In this document: positions 1 to 10,597 of the stretch, in pieces
Numbering within the stretch: the stretch's first letter is position 1
Layout: every line of letters starts with the position of its first letter
Assembly: GCA_016789445.1 (NCBI GenBank)
Contig: JAEUQT010000002.1
Coordinates: forward strand, 72,052-136,051
Direction: 5' to 3'
Length of the DNA stretch: 64,000 nt
Source of the DNA: a bacterium
GTDB taxonomy: Bacteria > Patescibacteriota > Minisyncoccia > Phycocordibacterales > UBA2100
The notes under the pieces: generated by a model
Told to the model about the DNA's origin: nothing
Seen by the model: only the letters and a program-made list of their open reading frames with translations
Databases searched by the model: none
Program-made: the position numbers and the translations under genes

Positions 1-177
1 GCGGCGGTCGAGAATATCATGCGGAGCCCGGAAAAAGTCCGCGCAATCGTCGCAACCGCGCGCCAGATGGTTCATGAGCGGTTCGACTGGTCATTGGTCG
101 CAAAGGATATGCGCGAAAAGGTCTTCGCCGAAGCGCTTGAGATATCCCCGGTTGCGCATTCGGATGAGCGGGTATAG
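1..177 (+). CDS. 3' end of a CDS entering from upstream (partial); glycosyltransferase-like C-terminus
   Basis: Frame 1 is open from position 1 to TAG at 175-177. The tail ...RQMVHERFDWSLVAKDMREKVFAEAL resembles the C-terminal region of GT4-type (GT-B) glycosyltransferases. The ORF-track entry 74-331 is in a different frame and looks spurious. Confidence 0.35.
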   Translation, partial: AAVENIMRSPEKVRAIVATARQMVHERFDWSLVAKDMREKVFAEALEISPVAHSDERV

Positions 178-376
178 GGTAATGGCAGTCACTCGGCGGG
201 TAGCCGCTGGGTGCAACTTGAGAAGGGACTTCGAAATGCAGATGCAGACCATGATGCTTGGTGCCATCTCAACCTCGGAGGGTAAAGAACTTCTTGAATT
301 TCAATATCACTGCGCCCGGCCCAATCCATAATTGGTCCTGACGCAGGCGCTCACTGTGGTGAGCGTAGACATGTAG

Positions 377-1474
377 TTGAGGGCGCGCCTGGCGCGCCTT
401 CTTCTTTTTCTATACAGTTTGGCGATGCAATCCCCCAAGCGTGTGGCCGTGGTCGGCGGCGGTATTTTCGGTTCGACTGCGGCGATTCATGCAGCGCGCG
501 CTGGGCACGAGGTACATCTCTTCGAGGAGAAACCCGCACTTCTGCAAGCGGCCTCCGGCATCAATCAGTATCGTCTCCATCGTGGCTATCACTATCCACG
601 CAGCTCGGATACCGCGCGATCAGCGCGTGATTCCGAATCCTCATTCCGTAGTGAGTATGGGAAATCGGTGATCGGTGGAGGACGGAATATCTATGCCATC
701 GCTCGGGAAGACACGTTTGTTGATGCGCGGGCGTTCCTCGAATTCTGCCGCGCACATGATCTTGCGTATACCGAATTGCCGATCGATCAGTACTGCGATC
801 CGGAGAATATCGATCTCGTGATTGAGGTCGAGGAATCGTGGATGGATCCCCACACGCTTCGCGAAGATATTACAGAGAAGCTGCGAGAGGTTGGCGTGAG
901 TGTGCATCTCGGCTCCCGAGCAACACATGAAATGCTTGATTCATTCGAGACCATCATCATCGCGACGTACGCGCACCTCAATGAACTCATTCCTGGCGAG
1001 CACCATCGCGAGTATCAGTTCGAGGTGTGCGAGAAGCCGGTAGTACGCGTACCGGGATTCGCCGACTTGGGTATCGTCGTCATGGATGGTCCTTTCATGT
1101 GTGTCGATCCGTGGGGGAAGAGCGGTCTGCATGTGATGGGGAACGTCGTGCATGCGATCCATGCAACGAATACCGGGAAAACGCCGGTTATTCCCGAGGC
1201 GATCCTCCCGCTCCTCAACAACGGCCTGATCGAGAATCCGCCACTCTCCAATTTTGAAGCATTTATCGAGACGGGCAGGCGTTATATACCCGGACTCAGG
1301 CATGCGGAGCATGTCGGTTCGCTCTTTACGATACGTACCGTCCTTCCGCGGATGGATGCAACGGATGCGCGCCCGACGATCGTGTCCAAGCTTTCCGATC
1401 GTCACATCCGCATCTTCTCGGGGAAGATCGGGAATTGCGTCGAAGCGGCAAAAGAAGCGGTTAGGCTTATCTGA
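377..1474 (+). CDS. FAD/NAD(P)-binding oxidoreductase
   Basis: 365-aa ORF with an N-terminal dinucleotide-binding motif VAVVGGGIFGSTAAIHAARAGHEVHLFE. The true start is probably the internal Met near 425 (MQSPKRVAVVGGG). Confidence 0.55.
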   Translation: MRARLARLLLFLYSLAMQSPKRVAVVGGGIFGSTAAIHAARAGHEVHLFEEKPALLQAASGINQYRLHRGYHYPRSSDTARSARDSESSFRSEYGKSVIGGGRNIYAIAREDTFVDARAFLEFCRAHDLAYTELPIDQYCDPENIDLVIEVEESWMDPHTLREDITEKLREVGVSVHLGSRATHEMLDSFETIIIATYAHLNELIPGEHHREYQFEVCEKPVVRVPGFADLGIVVMDGPFMCVDPWGKSGLHVMGNVVHAIHATNTGKTPVIPEAILPLLNNGLIENPPLSNFEAFIETGRRYIPGLRHAEHVGSLFTIRTVLPRMDATDARPTIVSKLSDRHIRIFSGKIGNCVEAAKEAVRLI

Positions 1475-2319
1475 GAAGTTCGTGGATTTCGAGGATGCGT
1501 GCGCCGAAATCGCCGGCGGTAACAGGCGTGGGGCCGCCGTGTACGGCGTGTAAGAACGCACGGATTTCTCGCGTGAGCGGTTCTTCTTCTGAGTGAAAAA
1601 CAGGTTCATCGTTACGAGTAAGCTCAGCACCATTCCAAACGAGAGTATCACCATTCGCGAGCGATGCGGTGATGGTATGCGAGCGTTCCTCTGAAAGGCG
1701 GTCGATGCGCGAGACGAATTTGCAATCGGGATACGAAAGAGTTGCTTCAATGCGATCGCACGCGGTCTCGCCGGATTCGCGGTGCGTAATTACGCCGGAT
1801 TGCGGCATGCCGAAAAGGTCGTAGCCCAGTGCGAGGTGATGGGTGAGGAGATTGGATTCGATGGATTCGGTGAAGGTGCCGTGTTTTTTCCAGACACATT
1901 CGATGCGGAGTGGTTTCTCCTCTTTCAGGATTCGTTTCAATTCCTGATAGACCGGATGGTAGAGAAAGATATAACCCGTCATGAGTATAAGGTTTTTCTC
2001 CTTCGCGAGGTGGGCGAGTGCATATGCTTCTTCAGAACTCCCCGCGAGAGTCTTCTCACAAAATACGTGCTTGCCGGCCTCAAGAGCACGGCGGGTCATC
2101 TCACCATGCGTGGCGATGGGGGTGGTGATTGCGACGGCGCTGATGGAGGTGTCTGCAAGGATCTCCTCGACGGTCTGATGTTTCGCCTCGAAAAAGGTGG
2201 GGGAACTCTCTTTGGTTGCGAAGCTGACGAAGTCCGACTGTGTATGGAGTTCGCGGGCGACGTTTGTGCCCCAGCGGCCGGCCCCGATAAGTGCTGTCTT
2301 GATTGGGTGCGTCACCGGT
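1467..2319 (-). CDS. Gfo/Idh/MocA-family NAD(P)-dependent oxidoreductase
   Basis: Rossmann motif IKTALIGAGRWGTNVARE at the N-terminus and an EKTLA-containing core. The start is placed at the GTG preceding THPIKTALIG; the longer ATG-initiated ORF (to 2480) would overlap the neighbouring divergent gene. Confidence 0.5.
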
Positions 2320-2351
2320 ATACTATGCGTGACACCTCTATCGAAGGCAAT

Positions 2352-3470
2352 ATGAAAATCCTCCTCACGACTGGCATCTTTTTCCCGGACGTCGGCGGCC
2401 CGGCGACGCATGTCCAGAAGATCGCTGAACACTTCCATTCGCTCGGCTGGCAGGTGAGCGTCGTTGCGTTCGGCGATCATACAGGAGACGAGAAATATCG
2501 TGTATTGCGTGCGAGCAGGAAGTACGGGAAGCTCGTGTCATGGGCGCTCTATGCGCTCGCGATCGCGCGAGAATCCCTCCGACATGATGTGATCTACGCA
2601 TTCGATCTCACGACCGCAGGCGTACCGTCGGCGTTCTTTGCGCGTCTGTTGCGAAAGCGATTCTTGTTGCGCATCGGAGGTGATCCTATCTGGGAGCGAG
2701 TTGTCGAACATGGTGAGCGGTTTGTGCCGATGCGGGCGTACTACGAGCAGGGACTTTTTAAAGTAGATCGACCGCGCCTCTTTCGCACGATTCGACGTGT
2801 GGTGCAGTCTGCGGAGACTATCGTGACCTACAACGAATTTCTCAAAGAGATCTATGTGACGCACTACGGTGTTCCAGCGGATCGCGTGCGCATCATCAGA
2901 AATCCCTTCCCGACGCGTACAGTATTTTCGCGAGAATCAGGCACCTTCACCTTTCTCTTCGCCGGCCGTTTCGTCTCGTACAAGAATCTGCCTGTGGTGC
3001 TTCAGGCATTTACAAAAGTCAGCGGGAAACATCCCGAGGCTCGGTTGGTGCTCATCGGTGACGGACCGGATCGTGAACTCATTGCAAAGGAGGCGGCATC
3101 TCTCGGAGAGCGAATCGAGATCCTACCGAAGATGGATCAGCAATCGCTCTTTGCACGCATCGATGCATCATCCGTTGCGCTTGCTCCGGCGCTCTCCGAA
3201 TTCAATCCGAATTTCATCCTTGAGAGTCTGGCGCATGGAAAACCCGCCATCATCAGCCGCGACAACGGGCTTTCGGTACAGCTTCCGGGGTATCTTCAGT
3301 TCGATCCGCTTAATGCCGACTCCATGCAGGCGGTAATGGAGTCGCTCTTCGATACCGAAACCTATGAGAAGGCGTTGCGCGATGTGGCTGCGCTACCGAC
3401 TGACCAGACGTGGGAGAAAGTCGCCGAGGAGCATGCGCATATTGCGCAGGGTGGGGGAAACGTGGTGTGA
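2352..3470 (+). CDS. GT4-family (GT-B) glycosyltransferase
   Basis: Starts MKILLTTGIFFPDVGGPATHV, the typical GT4 N-terminus. The C-terminal half carries a GT4-like nucleotide-sugar binding region. The upstream part of the 1782-3470 ORF is an antisense overlap and is not used. Confidence 0.65.
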   Translation: MKILLTTGIFFPDVGGPATHVQKIAEHFHSLGWQVSVVAFGDHTGDEKYRVLRASRKYGKLVSWALYALAIARESLRHDVIYAFDLTTAGVPSAFFARLLRKRFLLRIGGDPIWERVVEHGERFVPMRAYYEQGLFKVDRPRLFRTIRRVVQSAETIVTYNEFLKEIYVTHYGVPADRVRIIRNPFPTRTVFSRESGTFTFLFAGRFVSYKNLPVVLQAFTKVSGKHPEARLVLIGDGPDRELIAKEAASLGERIEILPKMDQQSLFARIDASSVALAPALSEFNPNFILESLAHGKPAIISRDNGLSVQLPGYLQFDPLNADSMQAVMESLFDTETYEKALRDVAALPTDQTWEKVAEEHAHIAQGGGNVV

Positions 3471-3506
3471 TTTGATACCCTCGGCAAACCCCGCTAGAAT
3501 GCGCCA

Positions 3507-5438
3507 ATGCGGGTATTGGTACTCTCTACCGACCGGAATGCCTTTGAAGAATCAAGCGCCGTTACGCGGCGTTTGCGCATGCAGGCGCGCACCGTCGAGC
3601 GCATGGACGTGTTGGTCCCTCATGGGCCCCGTCAGGTCATCCAGATCGCCGGGAACGCCTCGGTTCGCGGCTTCGGTTTAGGTCGCGTTTTGGGGGCATT
3701 TCGGGCCATTGCCGCGGGCTCTCGGGTGCAGCGTCCGGATGTCGTCTCGGCGCAGGACCCCTTCTTCACGGGACTTATCGCTTGGGTCATCGCACGCCTG
3801 CGCGGGAGCCGGTTGCATGTCCAGATACATACCGATCTCTTTGATGCGCAGTTTGCCGGACATTCGTTTGGCAGCCGCCTGAAGGTTCTTCTGGCGCGAT
3901 TCGTCCTGGCTCGTGCGGACGCGGTGCGCGCGGTCTCGAACCGTATCGCCCAGTCACTCGTTGAGCGCGGTTTCAATGCGCCGTCGGTTCTCCCGGTTTT
4001 CATTGATCTCGAGGCACTGCATAAAGCGGAAGCGATCAATCGTCGCGAACGCTATCCTGATTTTACGAAAGTAGTTTTGGTGGTTTCGCGGCTTGAGTCA
4101 GAAAAGAATGTCGCCGGCGCAATCCGTGCATTCGCGGAAATCGCGAACGCGGATTCCGGTGCGGGCCTCGTCATTGTCGGCAGTGGCAGCGAGCGCGCCT
4201 CACTTGAACATCTTGTTAAAGAGCTTGGTATCGAGAAGAAGGTGGTATTCGAAGGTGCGCAAGATCCGTTTCCGTTCTACAAAGCGGCCGATCTCCTCAT
4301 GCTCACGTCGCACTATGAGGGATACGGACTCGTGGTGGTTGAAGCACTCGCGGCAGGATGTCCGGTCGTCTCGTACGATGTCGGATTCGCGAAAGAGGCG
4401 GGCGCCGTCATTGCGTCGCCGGAAGAGCTTCCGCGTGTCGCGATCGCGATGCTTTCGGAAGGGAAGCGGAGCAAACTGATGCTCGATCTTCCGAACGAAG
4501 CGGAGTATCGCGATATGTGGTATTCGGACATCTCATCGTCGGGGAAAGTAGAGCGACGTCAGGGTGGCCAGAAGCCGTCTTCGGAACTCGTCATCGGCTA
4601 CGTGGGGCAGGGATTCATTGGGAAGAATTACGCGGATGAATTCGAGAGTCGCGGATTTACCGTGGTGCGCTATGCGCTTGAAGAGCCGTATCGTGCGAAC
4701 AAAGAGAACATCAAGGAGTGCGACATCGTCTTCATTGCGGTGCCGACGCCGACGACACCTGAGGGCTTCAGCGATGCGATCGTCCGGGACGCTGTGTCGC
4801 TCGTCGGCGATGGGAAGATCGCGATCATCAAATCGACGATGCTGCCGGGAATGACCAATACGATCCAAGCAGCGTATCCCACCAAGATCGTGATGCATTC
4901 GCCGGAATTCCTGCGCGAGGCGACGGCTGCATATGATGCCGGACATCCGGATCGGAACATCATCGGTATCTGCGCCGATACGCCGGAGAATCGTGCGGCG
5001 GCTCAGAAGGTGCTCTCGGTACTTCCGCCTGCACCGTTCGAGCTCATCTGCTCCGCTGTTGAAGCTGAGATCATCAAATACGCCGGCAACAATTGGCTCT
5101 ATCTCAAGGTCGTCTACATGAACATGCTGTATGACCTCACGCAGAAGCTCGGCGGCAAGTACGACGCGGTGCGTGATGCCTTCGCCGCTGATCCACGCAT
5201 GGGACGTTCTCACTTGGATCCGGTACACCAGAGCGGACACGGCGGTCCTGCGGGGCGCGGTGCGGGTGGGCACTGCTTCATCAAGGACTATGCGGCGTTC
5301 CGACATTTGTATGAACAGATGTTCCCTGAGGATCGTGCAGGCATCGAAGCACTGAAGGGAATGGAAGAGAAGAACAAGAAGCTGCTTCGCGATTCCGGGA
5401 AAGACCTCGATCTCCTGGACGGAGTGTACGGGAAATAA
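3507..5438 (+). CDS. Fusion protein: N-terminal GT4 glycosyltransferase + C-terminal UDP-glucose/GDP-mannose dehydrogenase-family NAD-binding and central domains
   Basis: A single 643-aa ORF. The first ~350 aa look GT4-like (EGYGLVVVEALAAGCPVVS). The remainder contains the NAD-binding motif IGYVGQGFIGKNYA and the catalytic-Cys motif GGHCFIKD typical of UDP-glucose 6-dehydrogenase-family enzymes. The C-terminal UDP-binding domain appears absent. Confidence 0.55.
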   Translation: MRVLVLSTDRNAFEESSAVTRRLRMQARTVERMDVLVPHGPRQVIQIAGNASVRGFGLGRVLGAFRAIAAGSRVQRPDVVSAQDPFFTGLIAWVIARLRGSRLHVQIHTDLFDAQFAGHSFGSRLKVLLARFVLARADAVRAVSNRIAQSLVERGFNAPSVLPVFIDLEALHKAEAINRRERYPDFTKVVLVVSRLESEKNVAGAIRAFAEIANADSGAGLVIVGSGSERASLEHLVKELGIEKKVVFEGAQDPFPFYKAADLLMLTSHYEGYGLVVVEALAAGCPVVSYDVGFAKEAGAVIASPEELPRVAIAMLSEGKRSKLMLDLPNEAEYRDMWYSDISSSGKVERRQGGQKPSSELVIGYVGQGFIGKNYADEFESRGFTVVRYALEEPYRANKENIKECDIVFIAVPTPTTPEGFSDAIVRDAVSLVGDGKIAIIKSTMLPGMTNTIQAAYPTKIVMHSPEFLREATAAYDAGHPDRNIIGICADTPENRAAAQKVLSVLPPAPFELICSAVEAEIIKYAGNNWLYLKVVYMNMLYDLTQKLGGKYDAVRDAFAADPRMGRSHLDPVHQSGHGGPAGRGAGGHCFIKDYAAFRHLYEQMFPEDRAGIEALKGMEEKNKKLLRDSGKDLDLLDGVYGK

Positions 5439-5441
5439 GCT

Positions 5442-6473
5442 ATGCGACTTCTTGTCGTGACACAGGTGGTCGATCGGAACGATTCGTTCCTCGGTTTTTT
5501 CCATCGCTGGCTCGAGGAACTCGCGACTCACTACGAACACATTCATGTCATCTGCCTCAAAGAAGGCGAGCATGCGCTGCCTGAGAACGTTACAGTGCAC
5601 TCGTTAGGCAAAGAAGGCGGAGAGTCCCGATGGAAGTACCTCACCAATTTTTTCCGATATGTATGGCAGCTGAGTCATGAATACGATGCGGTCTTCGTGC
5701 ACATGAATCAGGAGTATGTGCTTCTTGCCGGCTGGCTCTGGAAGCTGATGGGGAAGTGCATCTATCTGTGGCGTAATCACTATGCAGGCGGATTCCTTAC
5801 GGATGTTGCAGCGATGTTCGCTACCAAAGTGTTCTGCACATCAGAACATTCATATACGAGGAAGTACCGTAAGACCGTGGTCATGCCGGTCGGCATCGAC
5901 ACGACGCACTTCACGCCGCACGGCGAGAGGGTGCCGCATTCGATCCTCTCGCTCGGACGCATCGCGCCATCAAAGAATATCGAGGTGATACTGCAGGCAC
6001 TGAGGACCCTAAAGGATCAGGGTGCAGAATTCACTGCGTCGATCTATGGGGATTCATTGCCGCAGGATCGTGCGTATCACGACAGCCTGCGTGCGTATGT
6101 CGCTGATCAGGGCCTCAAGAGTCGTGTGCGTTTTTGTCCGGGAGTTCCGAATACCGAAACGCCGAAAATATTTGCCGCATATCAAATTTTTGTAAATGCG
6201 AGTGCGAGCGGCATGTTCGATAAGACGATCTTCGAAGCGGGAGCGTGCGGCGCGCTCTCGCTTGCGTCTAGTAAGGACTACGCACAGGATGCAGATCCAC
6301 GACTCGTCTTTCGCGAGAAGGACGCGCAGGATCTTGCACAGAAGCTTGCTGTGATCCTCTCGCTCGATGCACCGACCCTGAGCTCTCTCCAGCGTGCATC
6401 GGAGAAGAACATTGCAGCGCATAGTCTTTCAGCTCTCGTCAATCGGGTGGTATCAGAAATCTGTGTATCATAA
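5442..6473 (+). CDS. GT4-family glycosyltransferase
   Basis: 343 aa with GT-B features (MRLLVVTQVVDRNDSFLGFF N-terminus; C-terminal region with FEAGACGA). It starts 4 bp after the previous stop. Confidence 0.6.
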   Translation: MRLLVVTQVVDRNDSFLGFFHRWLEELATHYEHIHVICLKEGEHALPENVTVHSLGKEGGESRWKYLTNFFRYVWQLSHEYDAVFVHMNQEYVLLAGWLWKLMGKCIYLWRNHYAGGFLTDVAAMFATKVFCTSEHSYTRKYRKTVVMPVGIDTTHFTPHGERVPHSILSLGRIAPSKNIEVILQALRTLKDQGAEFTASIYGDSLPQDRAYHDSLRAYVADQGLKSRVRFCPGVPNTETPKIFAAYQIFVNASASGMFDKTIFEAGACGALSLASSKDYAQDADPRLVFREKDAQDLAQKLAVILSLDAPTLSSLQRASEKNIAAHSLSALVNRVVSEICVS

Positions 6474-6479
6474 ATTCAC

Positions 6480-9179
6480 ATGCGCTTCCTGTATTTCGGT
6501 ATCTACGATCCTGACTTCTCGCGCAATCGGATCTACATGCGCGCACTCCGCGCTGCGGGTCACGAGATTGTGGAATGTCGCGATACTTCTCCGGGGCCGA
6601 TGAAATACGCGCGCCTCGCATGGCGGCTACTCTCTCTTCGTGGGACATATGACGCGCTCATCGTCGGGTATCCAGGGCATGTGACCGTGCCGATCGCGCG
6701 ATTATTTTCGCGTGCGCCGGTCATTGTCGATTTTCTTGGCTCGTTCTCTGATGCGCTTGCACATTCGCATGGTGCGTCGCGATTTAAAAAATGGATCTTT
6801 ACGATCGTGGACTGGCTCGCTATCTGGTGTGCGGACCGTGTTCTTGTCGAGAGTGAGGCGCAGAAGAACTACCTCATTAGTCGTTTCGGTCGTGCAAAGT
6901 CATATGCGGTGATCTATACGGGCGTCGACGAATCGGTCTTCTTCAAAGAAAAAGGAAAGGAGCAGAATCAGAAATTCGCGGTGCTTTTCCGTGGACGACT
7001 CACGCCCGAATCAGGGATTATGCATATCCTTGAGGCGGCGCACCTGCTGCAATCTCAGAGTGATATTGAATTCCGTATTGTCGGATATGGGCACTTACTC
7101 AAGCACGTAGAGCAGGTGATTCACGAGCAGAATCTGACGAATGTACAGCTCATCTCTACACATCTCTCCTTCGACGAGATGCGAGGGTATATTTCTGATG
7201 CAGACGTAAGTCTCGGTCAGTTCGAAAATAACCCGCGACTCGATCGTACTATCCCGCATAAGGCATTCGAATCGGCGGTCATGGGCATCCCGTACATAAC
7301 CGGGTATTCTGATGCGGTACGCGAGATTTTCAGTGGCGCAGCATTTTGTATGCTTGAGAAGGCGAATCCTCGTGCGATTGCCGACGCCATCATCGCGCTC
7401 AAAAATGATCCCGAAAAAAGGAGACAGCTGGCGGTGAATGCCCGCAGCGAGTACGAGAAACACGCCTCGCAATCAGCGATTATGCGAAAAATCATGACTA
7501 GTATTCCTTCTCTGCACCATCGTGCGATGTATCTCTTACCACTTCTCCTTGGCGTATTTGCGCTGATCCGTCTGCTGGGGCTTGATCTTCCGTACCATCA
7601 AGATGAATGGAAAAACGCGCAAATGGTGCGCGTAGGTATCGAGGGCGGGCTCTCAGCGCACCCACCGCTCATGGAATTGATCTACGTCTGGAGCGGGGCG
7701 ATTTTCGGAGCGGATAATCTGCGTCTCATGCCGTTGATATTCGGCGTGCTCTCGGCGTGGCTTCTCTATATCGTGATGCGACGCCGCGTAAGTGCTTCAG
7801 CAGCGGCGTGGGCAACCGGACTGTATGCGATATCCATGTATGGCGTCTTGGCGTCCCTCATGCTGGATATGGACGGTACGATACTGCCTGCCTTCTTTTT
7901 AGCGGCTGTGTATGCCTATGGCCGCTTTTTTGATGCCGAGACGACTCGCGGCAAACTAGGCTGGCTTGGCGCGCTCTTCGGCGCGGTGGCACTTGGCTTT
8001 ATGACGAAGCTTAGCTTTGTACTCGTGCCGGCCGCCATCCTTCTGGATTATCTCTGGCACATGCGGAATCGATTTACGGCGCGGTTCGTTGCGAGCGCGG
8101 CCGGACTTTTTGTTCTCGGGGCTGGTGTTTTGGCGGTGGCACTCATTCTTGCGGACAAGCTCATGCCGGCGTTCGATATCGGCCCGACTATCTCACATGC
8201 GACGTCCTACATCCGTTTTGAAGGAAGGGGATATATGCAGATCGTCATCCAGGCAGTGAAGGCACTGTTCTACCTCTCGCCGCTTCTCATTCTCCTTCCG
8301 TTTCTTGCGACGAAAGAGCAGCTGCAGAAAAACAGCATCTTCATTATCTATGGTCTTCTCGGATCCCTCTTCTATTTCATTCTGTTTGATTTCTCGCAGG
8401 GAGCTTTGGATAAATACCTCATGTACACGATCGTGCCGCTTGTTGCTCTTTCAGGAACGGTGCTTGCCGCGGTATTCACGAATCGTCCTGAAGCCAGCCG
8501 GCGAACCGGCTTCCTTGTGGGGGTGGGGCTCAGTATCGTACTTATTGCCCTCGCACTTCTGCCACACACGGTGATACCGCTCTATCCAAAGACGGCGTGG
8601 CCTTCAGCGGTTGTATCGGGGCACTGGAATATCCTCATGCCGTTTACTGGCGGCAACGGCCCCCTCGGCTTCTACATGTCATTTCTTTTCATGGCGGTAG
8701 CGTTTCTGGTATCAGCGCTTCTCGTGCTTATGGCGAGAATCTCGTCGCCATTCCGATCGAGTGCGGTCACGGCACTGGTCGTCATCGGTGTCTCGTATAA
8801 CCTTCTCTTCATCCAAGAATACTTTTGGGGCGGTATGTATGGCAGTTCCGCGGACGTTCTTGCTGAAAGCGTAGCATTCATCGCTCAGTCGGATGCGCCG
8901 AGCATTATTACGCATGCCGATGCTGGTGCCTATGAACTGAATACGATCGGGAAATATGCGGGCCGATTCTATGCGGTACCTTCATATGTGACAGAGCATC
9001 GTGAGCGATTCGCACAGCATGATGGATGGTACCTCGTCGTCGATGTGCCACTCTTGAACGAAGGCGGGTTCTATCGCTCTTTCTTCAACACCTGCACGCC
9101 GCTTTTCGAGACGCACTCTGGCGTCATCAAGGGGTACGTGTATGATTGTGCCGACAGCGATCCGTACGCGATACCGTAA
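6480..9179 (+). CDS. Fusion: N-terminal GT-B glycosyltransferase + C-terminal polytopic GT-C-like (ArnT/PMT-like) membrane domain
   Basis: 899 aa. Residues ~1-340 are a soluble GT-B-like domain (MRFLYFGIYDPDFSRNRIY...). From ~345 on there are more than 10 hydrophobic helices plus a C-terminal soluble region, resembling GT39/ArnT-type glycosyltransferases. Confidence 0.5.
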   Translation: MRFLYFGIYDPDFSRNRIYMRALRAAGHEIVECRDTSPGPMKYARLAWRLLSLRGTYDALIVGYPGHVTVPIARLFSRAPVIVDFLGSFSDALAHSHGASRFKKWIFTIVDWLAIWCADRVLVESEAQKNYLISRFGRAKSYAVIYTGVDESVFFKEKGKEQNQKFAVLFRGRLTPESGIMHILEAAHLLQSQSDIEFRIVGYGHLLKHVEQVIHEQNLTNVQLISTHLSFDEMRGYISDADVSLGQFENNPRLDRTIPHKAFESAVMGIPYITGYSDAVREIFSGAAFCMLEKANPRAIADAIIALKNDPEKRRQLAVNARSEYEKHASQSAIMRKIMTSIPSLHHRAMYLLPLLLGVFALIRLLGLDLPYHQDEWKNAQMVRVGIEGGLSAHPPLMELIYVWSGAIFGADNLRLMPLIFGVLSAWLLYIVMRRRVSASAAAWATGLYAISMYGVLASLMLDMDGTILPAFFLAAVYAYGRFFDAETTRGKLGWLGALFGAVALGFMTKLSFVLVPAAILLDYLWHMRNRFTARFVASAAGLFVLGAGVLAVALILADKLMPAFDIGPTISHATSYIRFEGRGYMQIVIQAVKALFYLSPLLILLPFLATKEQLQKNSIFIIYGLLGSLFYFILFDFSQGALDKYLMYTIVPLVALSGTVLAAVFTNRPEASRRTGFLVGVGLSIVLIALALLPHTVIPLYPKTAWPSAVVSGHWNILMPFTGGNGPLGFYMSFLFMAVAFLVSALLVLMARISSPFRSSAVTALVVIGVSYNLLFIQEYFWGGMYGSSADVLAESVAFIAQSDAPSIITHADAGAYELNTIGKYAGRFYAVPSYVTEHRERFAQHDGWYLVVDVPLLNEGGFYRSFFNTCTPLFETHSGVIKGYVYDCADSDPYAIP

Positions 9180-9182
9180 TCT

Positions 9183-10595
9183 ATGCATCTCCACCCGGCA
9201 GCACGCGAATATTTCAATCAGCATGCACATCAGCGCCTGAAGTGGCGCCGGAAGAACCGTTTCTATCACGAACATATCGAGTCGTTCATCGCGTTCCTCG
9301 TGCCGAAAGGGAGCTCGGTACTGCATGTCGGCGCCGACTCTCCATCCTTATTACAGCGCGTGCAGCCGTCGCGCGGGCTTGGTATCCATGTGAGCGAGGC
9401 GCTCATCGAGCATATCCGCACATATGATCAGGGAGAGCTCGCCTTCGAGACGAAGGAGCTTTCAGCAGTAGAGGGCGAATTCGACTACGTGGTCATTTCC
9501 GACCTCCTCGGGCATGTCGAAGATATCCAGATGCTTTTCCGTGAAGCGAATGAGCACATATCGTGGCACGGAAGGATTATCGTGACGCAGCATAGTGCGT
9601 TCTGGGGACCAATCCTTCGCCTCGCCTCGCTCCTCGGCTTGCGTATGCCGTCTCGACTCGAGAATTGGGTGTCGCGTGCGGACATCGAGAACTTCGCGCG
9701 CCTTGAAGGATTGGAGGCGGTGCGCAGTGGCAGCCGCATGCTGATTCCGAAATACATTCCACTCGTCAGCTGGTTTTTTAATACGTACGTTGCGAACATA
9801 TTTCCGTTCTCGCACCTCGGCCTCTATCACTACGTGGTTCTGCGCAAACAGGATTCCCGCACGCCGCTCACGAATCCATCGCTTTCTATCGTGGTCCCGG
9901 CGCGCAACGAAGCGGGGATGATCGAGCGTATCGCGACTGAATTGCCGCAGCTCGGTGCGTTTACGGAGATTATCTTCGTCGAGGGCAATTCGAAGGACAA
10001 CACGTGGGAAGAGATACAGCGCATCGCGGGGAAGTATGGGAATGAGAAGCGGATCGTCATCGCGCAGCAAGACGGGAAAGGGAAGGGGGATGCCGTACGC
10101 AAAGGATTCGATATGGCGACGGGGGATATCCTCACGATTTACGATGCAGACATGACAGTCCCGGCACCGGATGTCGAGAAGTTCTATCGCGCGCTCGTCG
10201 AAGGGCGTGGCGATTTCATCAATGGTTCGCGCTTAGTGTATCCGCTCGAGAAAGAGTCGATGCGCTTCCTGAATCTTCTGGGTAACAAATTCTTCAGTCT
10301 CGCGTTCAGCTGGCTGCTTAATTCACGGCTCAAGGACACGCTCTGCGGGACCAAGATGCTCTGGCGGGAGGACTATGAGCACATCAAGGCAGGAAGGGCG
10401 TTTTTCGGCGACTTCGACCCATTTGGCGATTTCGATCTCCTTTTCGGTGCGTCCAAACTTAATTGCAAAATCATCGATCTCCCGATCCGCTATAAGGAGC
10501 GAGTCTATGGCGAGACCAACATCCGTCGCTGGAGCCACGGCTGGCTGCTCCTCAAAATGACAGTCTTCGCGATGCGGAAGGTGAAATTTGTATAG
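9183..10595 (+). CDS. Fusion: class I SAM-dependent methyltransferase + GT2 glycosyltransferase
   Basis: 470 aa. The N-terminal ~220 aa show a methyltransferase fold pattern (VLHVGADSPS..., acidic DxxxxH region). The C-terminal half begins SIVVPARNEAG... and contains DAD, a classical GT2 (DPM1-like) core. Confidence 0.5.
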   Translation: MHLHPAAREYFNQHAHQRLKWRRKNRFYHEHIESFIAFLVPKGSSVLHVGADSPSLLQRVQPSRGLGIHVSEALIEHIRTYDQGELAFETKELSAVEGEFDYVVISDLLGHVEDIQMLFREANEHISWHGRIIVTQHSAFWGPILRLASLLGLRMPSRLENWVSRADIENFARLEGLEAVRSGSRMLIPKYIPLVSWFFNTYVANIFPFSHLGLYHYVVLRKQDSRTPLTNPSLSIVVPARNEAGMIERIATELPQLGAFTEIIFVEGNSKDNTWEEIQRIAGKYGNEKRIVIAQQDGKGKGDAVRKGFDMATGDILTIYDADMTVPAPDVEKFYRALVEGRGDFINGSRLVYPLEKESMRFLNLLGNKFFSLAFSWLLNSRLKDTLCGTKMLWREDYEHIKAGRAFFGDFDPFGDFDLLFGASKLNCKIIDLPIRYKERVYGETNIRRWSHGWLLLKMTVFAMRKVKFV

Positions 10596-10597
10596 AT

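Noticed and set aside
74-331. 85-aa ORF at the left edge
   Set aside because: Out of frame with the convincing glycosyltransferase-like C-terminus that ends at 177. Likely spurious.
941-1750. 269-aa minus-strand ORF overlapping the FAD-oxidoreductase gene
   Set aside because: Antisense shadow ORF. The plus-strand frame has clear Rossmann motifs, the minus one has none.
4533-5600. 355-aa minus-strand ORF
   Set aside because: Antisense to the GT4-dehydrogenase fusion and the next GT4. No recognisable domain.
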